From positions 128,001 through 192,000 of the forward strand of contig CAXNJO010000001.1 of the NCBI GenBank assembly GCA_964202905.1: a stretch of DNA of 64,000 nt, given 5' to 3'. The DNA is from Polyangiales bacterium. Lineage in GTDB: Bacteria; Myxococcota_A; Polyangia; Polyangiales; JADJQN01. Both the position numbers and the translations under genes were made by a program. Of the stretch, positions 22,222 to 34,660 are shown piece after piece (the stretch's first letter is position 1; each line of letters begins with the position of its first letter). The notes beneath the pieces are model-generated. The model did no database searches and had not been told where the DNA came from. It was given only the letters and a program-made list of their open reading frames with translations.

Positions 22222-24116
22222 CAGAAGCTCCACCGCACCGTACCGCCGGCGTCGCCCGTGCGCGGGTCGAGCCAGGGCGCGAACGTCCAGTCGCGCGGAT
22301 CGAGCACGGTCGCCTCCGAGTCCGGCAGCGGATCGCGCACGAACAAATAGAGCGCGACGAGCCCGAGCACCGCGCCGACGCCGAGCGCCGCGTCCGCGCC
22401 GATCGTCGTCCAGTAACCCGTGCGCAGGCGCGGGTCATTCGAGGCGAGCCGCCCGGCGCGCCGCGCCGCGTCGAGGTCGTCGCGCAGCCCGGTCGCGTAG
22501 ATCGCCGCGCCCACGCCACCCCCCGCGACGAGCGCGCCGAGCGTCAGCGTCGCCCACGCGCCGCCCCGCCCCGGCGCGGGCTTGAGGCGCACGCGGATCG
22601 GCGTGACCTGACCGGGCCAGATGTCGAGCTGCGCCTCCCAGGCCTTCATGCCCTCGGCGCCGATGCGGATGCGGTGCGGCCCCGCGGGCACCGGCCCCTC
22701 GAAGGGCACGGTCCCGACGAGGTGATCGTCGACGTGCACCGTCGCGCCCGCCACGTTCGCGATCACGCGGATCCGCCCCTCGGCGGCGCGCTCGAGCTCG
22801 ATGCGCGTCACCACCTCTTCGCCCACGCCGACCTCGACCTCGCGCTCGGCCGTCGCGAAACCGGGGCGCTCGACCCACACGCGGTGCGTGCCCGTCGGCA
22901 CGCTGCTCTGGTAGGGCGTCGTGCCGACCACGCCGGCCTCGCGATCGTCGAGGAACACGCGCGCCCCCGGCACGCTCGTCACCACGCGCAGGTAGCCGAG
23001 GAACTCGCCCTGGCTCATCTCGACGATGACCACGTAGACCTTGCCGGGCCGCACGCGCACGGCCGTCTCGATGCGCCGGTAGTCGGGGTGCTCGATGACG
23101 ATGCGGAAATCGCCCGGATCGAGCGTCGCCGTGTAGGGAGACGTGCCCGCCGAAACGCTCTCGCCATCTTTCGTGATGGTGACGCGCGCCCCATCCGGCG
23201 TGGTGCGGATCGAGAGGAGCGACTTGAAATCCTCCTCCTCCGCGGGGCGCGACGCGGCAGCGACGGCCGAATTCGTGGGTGATGCGGCGCTCGACGCGCT
23301 CGACGCGGTCGTGGGCGTGGGCGTGGGCGTGACCGTGACTGTGGCGGGGTTGGTCGGCGTCGCCGCGGTCGCCGTGCTCGAGGCACCGCCCGACGTCGGT
23401 GGCGGCGTGACGACCGTGACGCTCGACGACGTCACGGGGTCGCTCGCGGCGCCCGTCGTCCCGGCTGCACCGTTCGCCGCACCCGCGCCCGTCGCCGCCG
23501 TGCCCGTCGTCCCGGACGCGCCCGACGTCGCGCTCGCCACCGTCGTCGCGCCCGCGCCCGTCGTTCCGGTGCCCGCTGCGCCCGTCGCCGCCGTGCCCGC
23601 TGCGCCCGTCGTCGCCGTGCCCGTCGCCGCCGTGCCCGCTGCGCCCGTCGTCGCCGTGCCCGTCGCCGCCGTGCCCGCTGCGCCCGCTGCCGCCGCGACG
23701 CCCGCTGCCCCGGTGCCGCCCGAGGGGGACGCTCCCGCACCCGCCCCGTCGCGCAGACGCGCGATGCGCTCACGGACCGCGCGCGCGTCCGAGGCCTCCG
23801 GGTCGCGCTCGAGGTAGCGCGCGAAGAACTCCGCGGCCCGCGCCCGATCGCCTTGTTTTTCCCACGCGGCGCCCGCGTTGTAGAGGAACGCGCTGAACGG
23901 CTGCGCCTCGTACGCGCGCACGAACTCCTCCGCGGCCTCGGCGTAGCGCCGCGCCACGAACAGCCCTTGTCCGCGCTCCATGCGCTCGCGCGCGACCTCC
24001 ATCGCGGAGGACGCAGGCGCCTGCTGCGCGCGGACGTGGCGCGGCACGAGCGCCGCGGGGAGCAGCGTCGACAGGACCGCGACGATCAGGAGCATCCGCG
24101 ATGACGAGCGCTTCAC
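22221..24116 (-). CDS. Secreted TPR + PEGA-domain protein with a Thr/Ala/Gly-rich linker
   Basis: Signal peptide; [21 protein letters not shown]; three PEGA-like repeats ([41 protein letters not shown]); C-terminal WSF. Confidence 0.8.
   Translation of the reverse strand: MKRSSSRMLLIVAVLSTLLPAALVPRHVRAQQAPASSAMEVARERMERGQGLFVARRYAEAAEEFVRAYEAQPFSAFLYNAGAAWEKQGDRARAAEFFARYLERDPEASDARAVRERIARLRDGAGAGASPSGGTGAAGVAAAAGAAGTAATGTATTGAAGTAATGTATTGAAGTAATGAAGTGTTGAGATTVASATSGASGTTGTAATGAGAANGAAGTTGAASDPVTSSSVTVVTPPPTSGGASSTATAATPTNPATVTVTPTPTPTTASSASSAASPTNSAVAAASRPAEEEDFKSLLSIRTTPDGARVTITKDGESVSAGTSPYTATLDPGDFRIVIEHPDYRRIETAVRVRPGKVYVVIVEMSQGEFLGYLRVVTSVPGARVFLDDREAGVVGTTPYQSSVPTGTHRVWVERPGFATAEREVEVGVGEEVVTRIELERAAEGRIRVIANVAGATVHVDDHLVGTVPFEGPVPAGPHRIRIGAEGMKAWEAQLDIWPGQVTPIRVRLKPAPGRGGAWATLTLGALVAGGGVGAAIYATGLRDDLDAARRAGRLASNDPRLRTGYWTTIGADAALGVGAVLGLVALYLFVRDPLPDSEATVLDPRDWTFAPWLDPRTGDAGGTVRWSF
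23530..23720 (-). repeat. Coding low-complexity tandem repeat ([17 protein letters not shown] units)
   Basis: Repeated gccgtgcccgctgcgcccgtcg units inside the PEGA gene. Confidence 0.7.
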
Positions 24117-24241
24117 TCTGCTTCTCCGGGGCGCGCGGGACGGCAGCGGAGCCGGCGCGGGGCGAGCCTAACGCGAGTCGCGGGGCGCTGCCCACCGCCG
24201 CGCTTGCGGAGGGGCGCCGCGCTCCGCAGAGTCGCCGGGCG

Positions 24242-24811
24242 ATGACGCCCCGCGCGCTCGAGTCCCCGGGCCCGGCCCGCGCGCTGCGTGCGCGCGTGAC
24301 CGGTGCGCTGCGTGGCGCGTGGCCGTGGGCGCTCGTCGCCGTGCTCGCGTGGTGGGCGTTCGGCGGCCTCACGGCGGGCGGCCCGCCCGAGGGCGCCCGC
24401 GTGCCCGCGCTCGAGGTCGCGCTCGACGACGGCCGCACGTTCTCGCTCGACGCGCAGCGGGGGCGGGTCGTCGTCGTCAACTTCTGGGGCACCTACTGCC
24501 CGCCGTGCCGGGCCGAGGCGCCGGTGCTCGCGCGCGCGGCCGCGCTCCTCCGCGCGACGGGCGACGTGCTGATCGGCGTCGCGGTCGACCCCGCGCCGCT
24601 CGCGGACGTCGCGCGTTTCGCCCGCGGCCTCGGCATGTCCTACCCGATCGCCGTCATCCCGCCCGGACCGCTCGCGCCGTTCCGCGTGACGCAGGTGCCC
24701 ACCACCGTCGTCGTCGATCGGCGCGGCCTCGTCGCGCGCACCCTCGTCGGCGCGCTCGACGACGACCGGCTCGCGCGCGCCATCGCCGACGCGCGACGCG
24801 CCGCTCCCTGA
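24242..24811 (+). CDS. TlpA/ResA-like thiol-disulfide reductase
   Basis: N-terminal TM; VVVVNFWGTYCPPCRAEAP; VPTTVVVDRRG. Confidence 0.88.
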   Translation: MTPRALESPGPARALRARVTGALRGAWPWALVAVLAWWAFGGLTAGGPPEGARVPALEVALDDGRTFSLDAQRGRVVVVNFWGTYCPPCRAEAPVLARAAALLRATGDVLIGVAVDPAPLADVARFARGLGMSYPIAVIPPGPLAPFRVTQVPTTVVVDRRGLVARTLVGALDDDRLARAIADARRAAP

Positions 24812-24818
24812 GCACGGC

Positions 24819-26223
24819 ATGAGCGCGCCGCGCCGCCCGCACACCGATCCGCTGCGCGTCGCCGCCACGCTCGCCGACGCGCACCTCGCCTCCGCGCGCA
24901 CGCGCCGCGTCACGGGCACCGCGCGCCCCGCCGCCCTCGCGCGCCACCTCACGCGGAAATACGATTTCGCGACACCGCACGACGCGGCCGACGTGCTCGA
25001 CGATCTCGCGTCGATGCTGCGACGCGGCACCGTCCACGGCGGTCCCACGCACTTCGGTCCGTTCGCGCCGAGCGTCCCGCGCGAGGCCGTCGCCGCCTCG
25101 ACCCTCGTCGCCGCCTTCAACCCACAGCGCGCGATCCGCGCACACGCCCACGCCGCCCACGCGATCGAGCAGCACGTCCTGCACTTCCTCGCGGCGCAGC
25201 TCGGCTACGACCCGGAGACGAGCGCCGCGCACTTCTGCGCGGGCGGCCAGGAGGCGAACCTCACCGCGCTCCTTTGCGCGCTCGTCCACACCTGGCCCAC
25301 CGTGCGCGCGCGCGGCGTCCGCGCCCTGCCCGGCGACCCGGTCGTCTACGCCTCGGCCGAGGCGCACCACGGCCTCGAGAAGGCCGCGCACGCCGCGGGC
25401 CTCGGCCGCGATGCCGTCGATTCGAATTCGCCATCGATGACGCGTTTCGCCTCGACCCCGACGCGCTCGAATCACGCCTCGCCGCAGACCGCATGCACGG
25501 CCTGCTCCCCGTCGCCGTCGTCGCCACGGCCGGCACCACCGCGACAGGCGCCGTCGATCCGCTCCCCGCCCTCGCCGCATTCTGCGCCCGCGAGCGCCTC
25601 TGGCTCCACGTGGACGCGGCGTTTGGCGGTGCGGCCGCCCTCTCCCCCGCGCTGCGCGGTTGTCTCGACGGAATCGCCCACGCCGACTCGATCACGTGGG
25701 ACGCCCACAAATGGCTGCAAATGCCGCTCGGGACAGGCATGTACTTCACCCGCCATCCCGCCTCGCTGCGCGCCGCCTTCCACACCGACGCGCCCTACAT
25801 GCCCCACCGCGATCCGGCGCACGACGAGCCCTTCGACACCTCCCTCGCCTGGAGCCGCCGCGCCGCCGGAATCCCACTCTTCACCGCGCTCGCGACGCGC
25901 GGCCTCGCGGGAATCGCCGCCACGCTCGAATCCCATCTTCGACTCACGCACACACTCCGACACCGACTTTTGACCATGGGATTCACGCTCGTGAGCGAAT
26001 CCCCACTCCCGGTCGTGTGCTTCACGCACCCACGCTTCGCCGCAGATTCCCGCCGCGCCGGGCGACCTCGCCCGCGCACTCGCCCACGACGGCCGCACGT
26101 GGCTCGCCCCCGTCACGCTCTCCACCGGCCCAGCGCGCGCTGCGCGCCACGATCACCAGCGCCGACACCACCGAATCCGATCTCGACACCGTGATCGACG
26201 CCCTGCGGGCGGCGATGGGGTGA
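24819..26223 (+). CDS. Group II PLP-dependent decarboxylase, split by three apparent frameshifts (~25420, ~26060, ~26130)
   Basis: GGQEANLTAL, YASAEAHH, VVATAGTTATGAVDPL, WLHVDAAFGG, ADSITWDAHKW (PLP Lys), LRATITS, spread across three frames. Pseudogene versus sequencing error is unresolved. Confidence 0.8.
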
Positions 26224-26292
26224 GTCGCGCGGCCGTCCTCCCCCGAATCGCAGGGCGTTCCGTCCGCTCGATGCTCGACTCTCCTTGTCGTC

Positions 26293-26616
26293 TCAACGAT
26301 CACCACGCTCGGGTTCACGGGCGGGCGTATCGGGATCGAGCGCGCTCCATGATCGATGGCCTTCGAATACGGTCAGGACGACGATGCCGTCCGCGTCGGC
26401 GCGATAGACGATGCGGTAGCGACGAACGAACACCTCGCGAACGTCGTCGCGGCCGAGCTCGGGCACCGCGCGCGCCGCGCGAGGCAGGGCCGCGGCGTCC
26501 TGCGCACGGCGACGAAGGCGAGCCAGCCAAAGACGGGCTGCGAGAGGGTCGTCCGCCGCGATGAACTCGCCGATCGCGAACAGGTCCGCGATGGCGCGCT
26601 CCGTCCAGCGGAGCAT
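26293..26616 (-). CDS. Type II toxin, RelE/ParE family
   Basis: LRWTERAIADL..I..FIAADDP.AA...VPELGRDDVREVFVRRYRIVYR....IVVLTVFEG. Confidence 0.88.
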   Translation of the reverse strand: MLRWTERAIADLFAIGEFIAADDPLAARLWLARLRRRAQDAAALPRAARAVPELGRDDVREVFVRRYRIVYRADADGIVVLTVFEGHRSWSALDPDTPAREPERGDR

Positions 26617-26943
26617 CTATTTCTTCCTGGCTCGCGGGGGTGCGCCGAAGCGCGCCTCGAGCCGCTGCCCGAGCGCGTCATCGGGGACCGTGCGACCCGC
26701 GCGCTCGTCCTCGAGCCCGGCCTCGACGGCCGCGACGAATCGCGCCTGCGCCGTGAGGCGATCAAAAGCCTCGGGCGCCAGCAGCACCGCCGCGGGGCGC
26801 CCGCTCTGGGTCACGACGAGCGGCCGCTGATGCTCCCGCAACCCGCGTATCTGCTCGGAGAGATGCGCCTTCAACGTGCCGATCGGCACGATGTCCTCCG
26901 CCACGCGCAGCACCGGGTCAGGTCGGATTTCAGACCTTTTCAT
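26617..26943 (-). CDS. Type II antitoxin, Phd/YefM family
   Basis: DIVPIGTLKAHLS...RPLVVTQSGRPAAVLL; abuts the toxin start. Confidence 0.88.
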   Translation of the reverse strand: MKRSEIRPDPVLRVAEDIVPIGTLKAHLSEQIRGLREHQRPLVVTQSGRPAAVLLAPEAFDRLTAQARFVAAVEAGLEDERAGRTVPDDALGQRLEARFGAPPRARKK

Positions 26944-27003
26944 GGACCTCTTCTGCGCCGTGCCGCAGACCGGCGCAAGGTGCTCGAACGCGACGCATCG
27001 CGC

Positions 27004-27060
27004 ACCAGCATCGACACGACGGAAGCGGACGTCGACGCCCTGCGTGCGGCGATGGGGTGA
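27004..27060 (+). repeat. Second, diverged copy of the decarboxylase 3' end (direct repeat of 26155-26223)
   Basis: 27032-27060 matches 26195-26223 at 28/29 nt; encodes TSIDTTEADVDALRAAMG* versus TSADTTESDLDTVIDALRAAMG*. Confidence 0.85.
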
Positions 27061-27136
27061 TGCCACGACTCACGCCCGCCCATCGCGCTGGTCCGAACCG
27101 TTGCACGCACGCAGACATGGTCACCAGCTCGTGACC

Positions 27137-27364
27137 ATGAAGCGACCCACCACCGTCGCCGCCGGCGTCTTCAAGGCGGAGTGCCTCGCCATCCTCGATC
27201 GCGTCGCGCTGGAGCGCGAGAGCATCGTCGTCACCAAGCGAGGCCGGCCGGTGGCCCGCGTGGTGCCGTTCACGGAGCCGGCGGCTTCGTCCCTCCGCGG
27301 GAGCGTGCGTTTCGTCGGTGATGTGTTCGCGCCTTCGGGCGAGTCCTGGGACGCCGACCGTTGA
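27137..27364 (+). CDS. Type II antitoxin, Phd/YefM family
   Basis: AGVFKAECLAILDRV....IVVTKRGRPVARVVP. Confidence 0.88.
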   Translation: MKRPTTVAAGVFKAECLAILDRVALERESIVVTKRGRPVARVVPFTEPAASSLRGSVRFVGDVFAPSGESWDADR

Positions 27365-27744
27365 TCGTGCTCGACACGCACGCCTGGCTCTTCTGGGCGA
27401 GCGAGCCCGCTCGGCTCGGGCGGCGCGCCGCTGCGGCCCTGCGCAAGGCGCCACGCATCGGCGTCCCCGCCATCTGCGTCTGGGAAGTCGGGATGCTCCT
27501 CGACAAGAAGCACGTCGTCCTCGATCGCCCGGCGGACGATTGGGTCACGCAGGCGCTCGGCGCACCGCGCGTCGAGTTCCTGCCGCTCACGCCCACCATC
27601 GCCCTGCGCGCGGCGACCTTCAGCGCGCTCCACGGCGATCCCGCCGATCGCCTCATCCTCGCCACCGCGCTCGTCCACGGCGCCCGCCTCGTCACCCGCG
27701 ACGCAAAGCTCACGGACGCCGGCCTCGTCGACGTCGTCTGGTGA
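27361..27744 (+). CDS. vapC: Type II toxin, VapC/PIN domain
   Basis: IVLDTHAWLFW, CVWEVG, HGDPADRLILATA, LVTRD; 4-nt overlap with the antitoxin. Confidence 0.9.
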   Translation: MIVLDTHAWLFWASEPARLGRRAAAALRKAPRIGVPAICVWEVGMLLDKKHVVLDRPADDWVTQALGAPRVEFLPLTPTIALRAATFSALHGDPADRLILATALVHGARLVTRDAKLTDAGLVDVVW

Positions 27745-27851
27745 GACCGGCGCGCTGGGTCGAGGTCTCTCGGCCGTACGCCATCCCACCGCGCAGCAAC
27801 TCCATGCCATGCTCGGCGCGCGCGCCCGGGGGGCGTTGCGGAGAGAGGGAG

Positions 27852-29186
27852 ATGTCGACGATGAAGCAGCTGCGCGTGCTCGTGCTCGCCGCCCTGTGCG
27901 GTTTCGTGTTCTCGGCGTGTGGCGACGACGACGCACCCGGTGGGGTCGATGCGGGCGTGCCCATCGACATGCCGACCGTGCCACCCGATCTCCCGTCCAT
28001 CGATGCGGGCCCAGACGACGCCGGCGCGGACGTCGATGCGGGAGGCGAGGACGCCGGCCCGATGGGAGACGATGCGGGCGCGGAGGACGACGCCGGCGCG
28101 CCGGATGCGGGCGTCGATGGTGGCTCCGATGCCGGCTCCGATGCGGGGGTCGATGCGGGACCGCCGCCGCCGGTGCGGGATGTCGACATGCTCTTCATGG
28201 TCGACAACTCGGGCTCGATGGCCGAGGAGCAGGCGTCGTTCGCGGCGCAGCTCCCGCGACTCGTGCAGGTGCTCACGAGCGGCGATCGCACGGGCGACGG
28301 GCCGACGCCGGACGACTTCACGCCCATCCGCGATCTGCACCTCGGCGTCGTCACCAGCGACATGGGCGTGGGCGGATTCACGGTGCCGTCGTGTGGGAAT
28401 CCCGATTTCGGAGATGATGGAGTCCTGCGTACGGCGGGGAATCCCTTCGACCCCACGTGCATGCCGACGTATCCCTCGTTCCTCGCGTACGTGCCGGGCA
28501 CCTCGACGGAGACGCCGGAGGAGTTCGGGGCGCAGTTCGGGTGTCTGGCCGCGCCGGGGACCATGGGCTGCGGCTTCGAGCAGCAGCTCGAGGCGACGCT
28601 GAAGGCCCTCACGCCCGCGACCTCGAGCCTTCGCTTCCGCGCGGACACGACGGGACACGGCGACGGCGCGAACGCGGGGTTCCTGCGACCCGACTCGCTG
28701 CTCGTCGTCGTGCTGCTCACGGATGAAGAGGATTGCTCGGCGCGCCCCGACTTCGAGGATCTCTTCAATCCGATGTCGGGCACGTTCGAGGGTCCGCTGA
28801 ATCTCCGCTGCTTTCTCTACAAGGCACCGCAACACCCGGTCTCGCGTTACATCGATGGCCTGCGCGCGCTGCGACCGGACCGCCCGGATCTCTTGATCGT
28901 CGCTGCGATCGCGGGCGTGCCCGTCGATCTGATCCGGCCGGGAACACCCGATTACACAGGCATCCTCGCCGATGCGCGCATGATCGAGACGCTCGATCCG
29001 ACGGTCGGGCTCGGTCGCGTCACGCCCTCCTGCGACGTCCCCGGCCGCGGCCTCGCCTTCCCCCCGCGCCGCATGGTCGAGGTCGCGCAGGGCTTCGGCG
29101 CGAACGGCGTCGTGCAATCGATCTGCCAGGACGCCTACGACGGCGCCTTCGACGCCGTGATCGCGCGAATTGCGATCACGATGTGA
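27852..29186 (+). CDS. Myxobacterial vWA-like domain lipoprotein
   Basis: Lipobox FVFSAC; DAG-rich linker; DMLFMVDNSGSM, GCGFEQQLE, GFLRPDSLLVVVLLTDEEDCS; RBS gagaggga. Confidence 0.78.
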   Translation: MSTMKQLRVLVLAALCGFVFSACGDDDAPGGVDAGVPIDMPTVPPDLPSIDAGPDDAGADVDAGGEDAGPMGDDAGAEDDAGAPDAGVDGGSDAGSDAGVDAGPPPPVRDVDMLFMVDNSGSMAEEQASFAAQLPRLVQVLTSGDRTGDGPTPDDFTPIRDLHLGVVTSDMGVGGFTVPSCGNPDFGDDGVLRTAGNPFDPTCMPTYPSFLAYVPGTSTETPEEFGAQFGCLAAPGTMGCGFEQQLEATLKALTPATSSLRFRADTTGHGDGANAGFLRPDSLLVVVLLTDEEDCSARPDFEDLFNPMSGTFEGPLNLRCFLYKAPQHPVSRYIDGLRALRPDRPDLLIVAAIAGVPVDLIRPGTPDYTGILADARMIETLDPTVGLGRVTPSCDVPGRGLAFPPRRMVEVAQGFGANGVVQSICQDAYDGAFDAVIARIAITM

Positions 29187-29251
29187 GGCGCACCGGAGTG
29201 CGGGGCGTTTCCCACCCTCGCCCCGCACCCTTCGCTGATATCGTCGCGCGC

Positions 29252-30820
29252 ATGCCGCCGACACCGATTCATGCACTCTCCGCCCGTGAGCTCGCGGGGC
29301 GGCTGCAACGCCGCGAGCTGACGTCCGTCGCGATCGTGGAGGCGCTGCACGGGCGCGCGGACGAGGTCGATGGGCGGGTGCGGGGGTTCACCGTGCAGCT
29401 GCGCGAGGAGGCGCTGAACGAGGCGCGGGCGCGCGACGAGGAGCGGGCGCGGGGCGTGGTGCGCGGGCCGCTCCATGGGCTGCCCGTGACCATCAAGGAG
29501 AACCTGCACGTCACAGGCACGGAGACGACGGCGGGGCTGCGCGCGCGGGCGGGGAAGCGCTCGACGTTCGACGCCGCGATCGTGCGGGTGCTGCGCGAGG
29601 CGGGGGCGGTGATCCTCGGCAAGAGCAACATCCCGCAGACGCTCATGGCGCCCGAGTCGACGAATGCGCTCTACGGCACGACGAACAATCCGTGGGATCT
29701 GCGGCGCGTGCCGGGCGGCTCGTCGGGCGGTGAGGGCGCGCTGATCGCGTCGGGGCAGAGCGTGCTCGGGGTGGGCACGGACATCGCCGGGTCGATCCGC
29801 ATCCCGGCGAGCTTCTGCGGGGTCGCGGGGCTCAAGCCCACGCTGCACCGCTGGACGAGCGTGGGCTCGACGGGCGCGATGCCGGGCATCGAGTTCGTGC
29901 GCGCGGTGGTCGGGCCGCTCGCGCGTTCGAGCGACGATCTCGCCTTCTTCTTCGAGGCGCTCGACCCGGCGCAGATGGCGGCGCTCGATCCGGAGGTGCC
30001 GCCGCTGCCCGTCGGGCGCAGCGCGGACGTCGACGTCTCGACGCTGCGCATCGGCTACTACGACGACGACGCGCTCTTCACGCCGAGCGCCGCGGTCCGG
30101 CGCGCGGTGCGCGAGGCCGTCGAACACCTGCGCGCGGCCGGCGCGGAGCTCGTGCCGTGGGAGTCGCGGCACGCGGAGGAGATCTACTTCCTCGGCGTTG
30201 CAGGCATCACGGCGGATGGTCTCGTGACGCTGCGCCGCGAGCTCGCGGGGGAGGACGTGATCGCGCCGCTGCGCATGAACGACCGGCTCTCGAAGGTGCC
30301 CGCGTCGGTGCGGCAGGGGCTCGCGCGGGCGGCCCGGCTGCTCGGCGAGACGCGCGTCGCCGAGACGCTCGAGGTGCTCGGCGAGAAGCGCGTGAGCGAC
30401 TACTGGGCGCTCTCGTGGCGGCGCACGGTGCTCGCGCGCGAGGAGACGACGGCGTGGGCCGAGGCGGGCCTCCACGCGCTCGTCGGGCCGGGCTACGCGA
30501 CGCCCGCGCCGCAGCACGGCGCGACGGGCGACTTCTCGATCGGCGCCGCGAACACGCTGCGCTGGAACCTGCTCAACCGCCCCGCGGGCTCGGTGCCGGT
30601 GACGCGCGTGCAGCCTTTGGAGACGACGCGGCCGGCGGCGCGCGGGCGGCTCGAGCAGCGCGCGCGCGCGATCGACGAGGGCAGCGCGGGGCTGCCCGCG
30701 AGCGTGCAGGTCGTGGGCGTGCCGTGGCGCGAGGATGTGGTGCTCGCCGTGATGCAGGCGATCGAGCGCGGCGCGCGGGCGAAGGACGGCTTCCCCGCGA
30801 CGCCCGTCGATCCGGCGTGA
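29252..30820 (+). CDS. Amidase signature family enzyme (FAAH-like)
   Basis: GPLHGLPVTIKE, GKSNIPQ, PGGSSGGEG, GTDIAGSIRIPA. Confidence 0.92.
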   Translation: MPPTPIHALSARELAGRLQRRELTSVAIVEALHGRADEVDGRVRGFTVQLREEALNEARARDEERARGVVRGPLHGLPVTIKENLHVTGTETTAGLRARAGKRSTFDAAIVRVLREAGAVILGKSNIPQTLMAPESTNALYGTTNNPWDLRRVPGGSSGGEGALIASGQSVLGVGTDIAGSIRIPASFCGVAGLKPTLHRWTSVGSTGAMPGIEFVRAVVGPLARSSDDLAFFFEALDPAQMAALDPEVPPLPVGRSADVDVSTLRIGYYDDDALFTPSAAVRRAVREAVEHLRAAGAELVPWESRHAEEIYFLGVAGITADGLVTLRRELAGEDVIAPLRMNDRLSKVPASVRQGLARAARLLGETRVAETLEVLGEKRVSDYWALSWRRTVLAREETTAWAEAGLHALVGPGYATPAPQHGATGDFSIGAANTLRWNLLNRPAGSVPVTRVQPLETTRPAARGRLEQRARAIDEGSAGLPASVQVVGVPWREDVVLAVMQAIERGARAKDGFPATPVDPA

Positions 30821-30842
30821 CGCACGCACACCAGGTGCCCGG

Positions 30843-30873
30843 CGCGACATCGCAAGAGGGTTGCGGTGTCGCG
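30843..30873. other. 13-bp inverted repeat / hairpin in the amidase-vWA intergenic region
   Basis: cgcgacatcgcaa-gaggg-ttgcggtgtcgcg; function (terminator or operator) unknown. Confidence 0.5.
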
Positions 30874-30931
30874 AGCCGGATCTCGCAAGGGCATGGATAT
30901 GTCGCGACGTGATGCCGACGCTCTCTCGGTG

Positions 30932-32135
30932 ATGACACCGAACCTCTCGACATCCCGGACGCGCGGGCCCGTGCGCACGAGCACGGTGCTCTGCGCGCTG
31001 CTCGCGCTCGCGTGGTTGCGCGGCCGAGCGCGACCGCACGCGGCCCGCGGGGGGCGACGGCGGCGCGTCCGTCGATCTCGGCGCGTCGGTGGACTTCGGG
31101 CGGCCGGTGGACTTCGGGCGGCCGGTCGTGCCGGATCTCGGGCCGCCGCCCGTGTGCGAGGTGGCCGTCGCGACGGCCGCGCCGCTGCCCTCGACGCTGG
31201 CCTTCCTGCTCGACACGAGCGGCAGCATGAACTGCGACCGCACGGCGGCCTCGTGTGCGACGGGCGATCCGACGCCCGCGCCCGACGACTCGCGCTGGGA
31301 TGTGATGCGCCGCGAGCTCGACGCGGCGCTCGCGGGGCTGCCCGACGCGACGCGCGCGGGCCTCCTCCATTACCCGAAGACCTTCGGCTGCATCCGCACG
31401 AGCGACGCGCCGCTCGTGCCCGTCGACGTGCTGACGACGAACCGCGCGCGCATCACGGCGGCGACGGGCGGGCTCACGCCGATGGGCATCACGCCCACGC
31501 GCGACGGCGTGCAGGCCGCGCTCGCCGAGCTGCGCGCGCAGCCCGCGACCGAGCCGCGCTACCTCGTGCTCGCGACCGATGGCGCAGCGACGGTGTGTCT
31601 CGGCTGCGACGCGGCGTGCTCATTCGCCGAGCTCGATCGCGACAACGACGCGCTCGTCGAGGATGTGCGCGCGGCCGAGGCCGAGGGCATCGGCACCTTC
31701 GTCGTCGGCGTGCCGGGATCACAGAGCTACCGCGGCGTGCTCTCGCGCCTCGCGCGCGCCGGGGGCACCGCGCCCGCGGGCTGCTCGGACGCGGGGCCCG
31801 CGTACTGCCACGCCGACCTCACGGACGCGGCGACGGACTTCGCGGCGGGGCTGCGGGCGGCGCTCGCGGCGATCGGCGGCGCGATCGCGCGCTGCGACTA
31901 CACGATCCCGCCGAACCCGGACGGCACCTTCGACCCGGCGTCCGTGAACGTGGTGCTCTACGACGCGCGCGGCGCGGAGACGGGACGCCTCGCGCGCGAC
32001 CCCGCCCGCGCGAACGGCTGGGACTACTCGGACGACGGCGCGCAGATCGTGCTGCACGGCGCCGCCTGCGACGACGCGCGCGCGACGGACGGCCGCGTCG
32101 AGGTGCAGTTCGGTTGCCCGACGGTGTTTCTCTGA
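30932..32135 (+). CDS. vWA-domain lipoprotein; apparent frameshift at ~31013 in the signal peptide
   Basis: MTPN...VLCALLALA, then GCAAERD... in the next frame; LAFLLDTSGSM, TPTRDG, LVLATDG. Confidence 0.75.
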
Positions 32136-32248
32136 CCTGACTGTGGAGTCAGGATCGCGGCGCGATCACGGACTCTTGCGTCAGGAGTCGGCGCGGCGCT
32201 CCGCGGCCCGAGGCGGGCGCTCGGTGCGGGATCGAGCGTTCGTGAGGC

Positions 32249-34267
<2,019 letters not shown>

Positions 34268-34394
34268 CGGAGCCGCAGACTATACGCCGAGACCGCGCCG
34301 CGCCCGCGAACGCTTGGTGACACGCGCGCCCGCGCACCGCGGCGCTGCATGCGCCGCGCTTGCCCCGCACGCCCGAGACGACGATGCTGCGCCG

Positions 34395-34625
34395 ATGGCC
34401 CGCTTCACCGTCGGCTCGCTGCGCGGCATCCCGCAGGGCCGCGCCGCCCTCCCGCCCCACGCGGCGCGCTCGCCCTCCGCGCTCGGCGCGCTCGCGCAGC
34501 GGCTCGAGGCCGCGGGCGCGACGGGCATGCCGCGGGCGCGGCGCTGCTGCCGGTCGGGCTGCGCGGGCTGCCCGTGGACGGAGGCGCAGCGGCTGCTGCG
34601 GGCGCGGGCCTCGGACCGCGTTTGA
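34395..34625 (+). CDS. Small protein with CCxSGCxxCPW motif (DUF5522 / oxidoreductase-like metal-binding motif)
   Basis: RRCCRSGCAGCPW; fills the gap before tolQ. Confidence 0.5.
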   Translation: MARFTVGSLRGIPQGRAALPPHAARSPSALGALAQRLEAAGATGMPRARRCCRSGCAGCPWTEAQRLLRARASDRV

Positions 34626-34660
34626 CACCGCGGATCGCCCGTGGTCCAACCCGGGCGGCC

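Noticed and set aside
27796..27810. Sigma-54 promoter-like TGGCAT...TTGC on the minus strand
   Set aside because: GG-GC spacing is one base short of the strict -24/-12 requirement and it points away from the adjacent gene start.
30821..30931. Riboswitch upstream of the vWA lipoprotein
   Set aside because: A strong hairpin exists, but no conserved motif of a known riboswitch class could be matched by eye.
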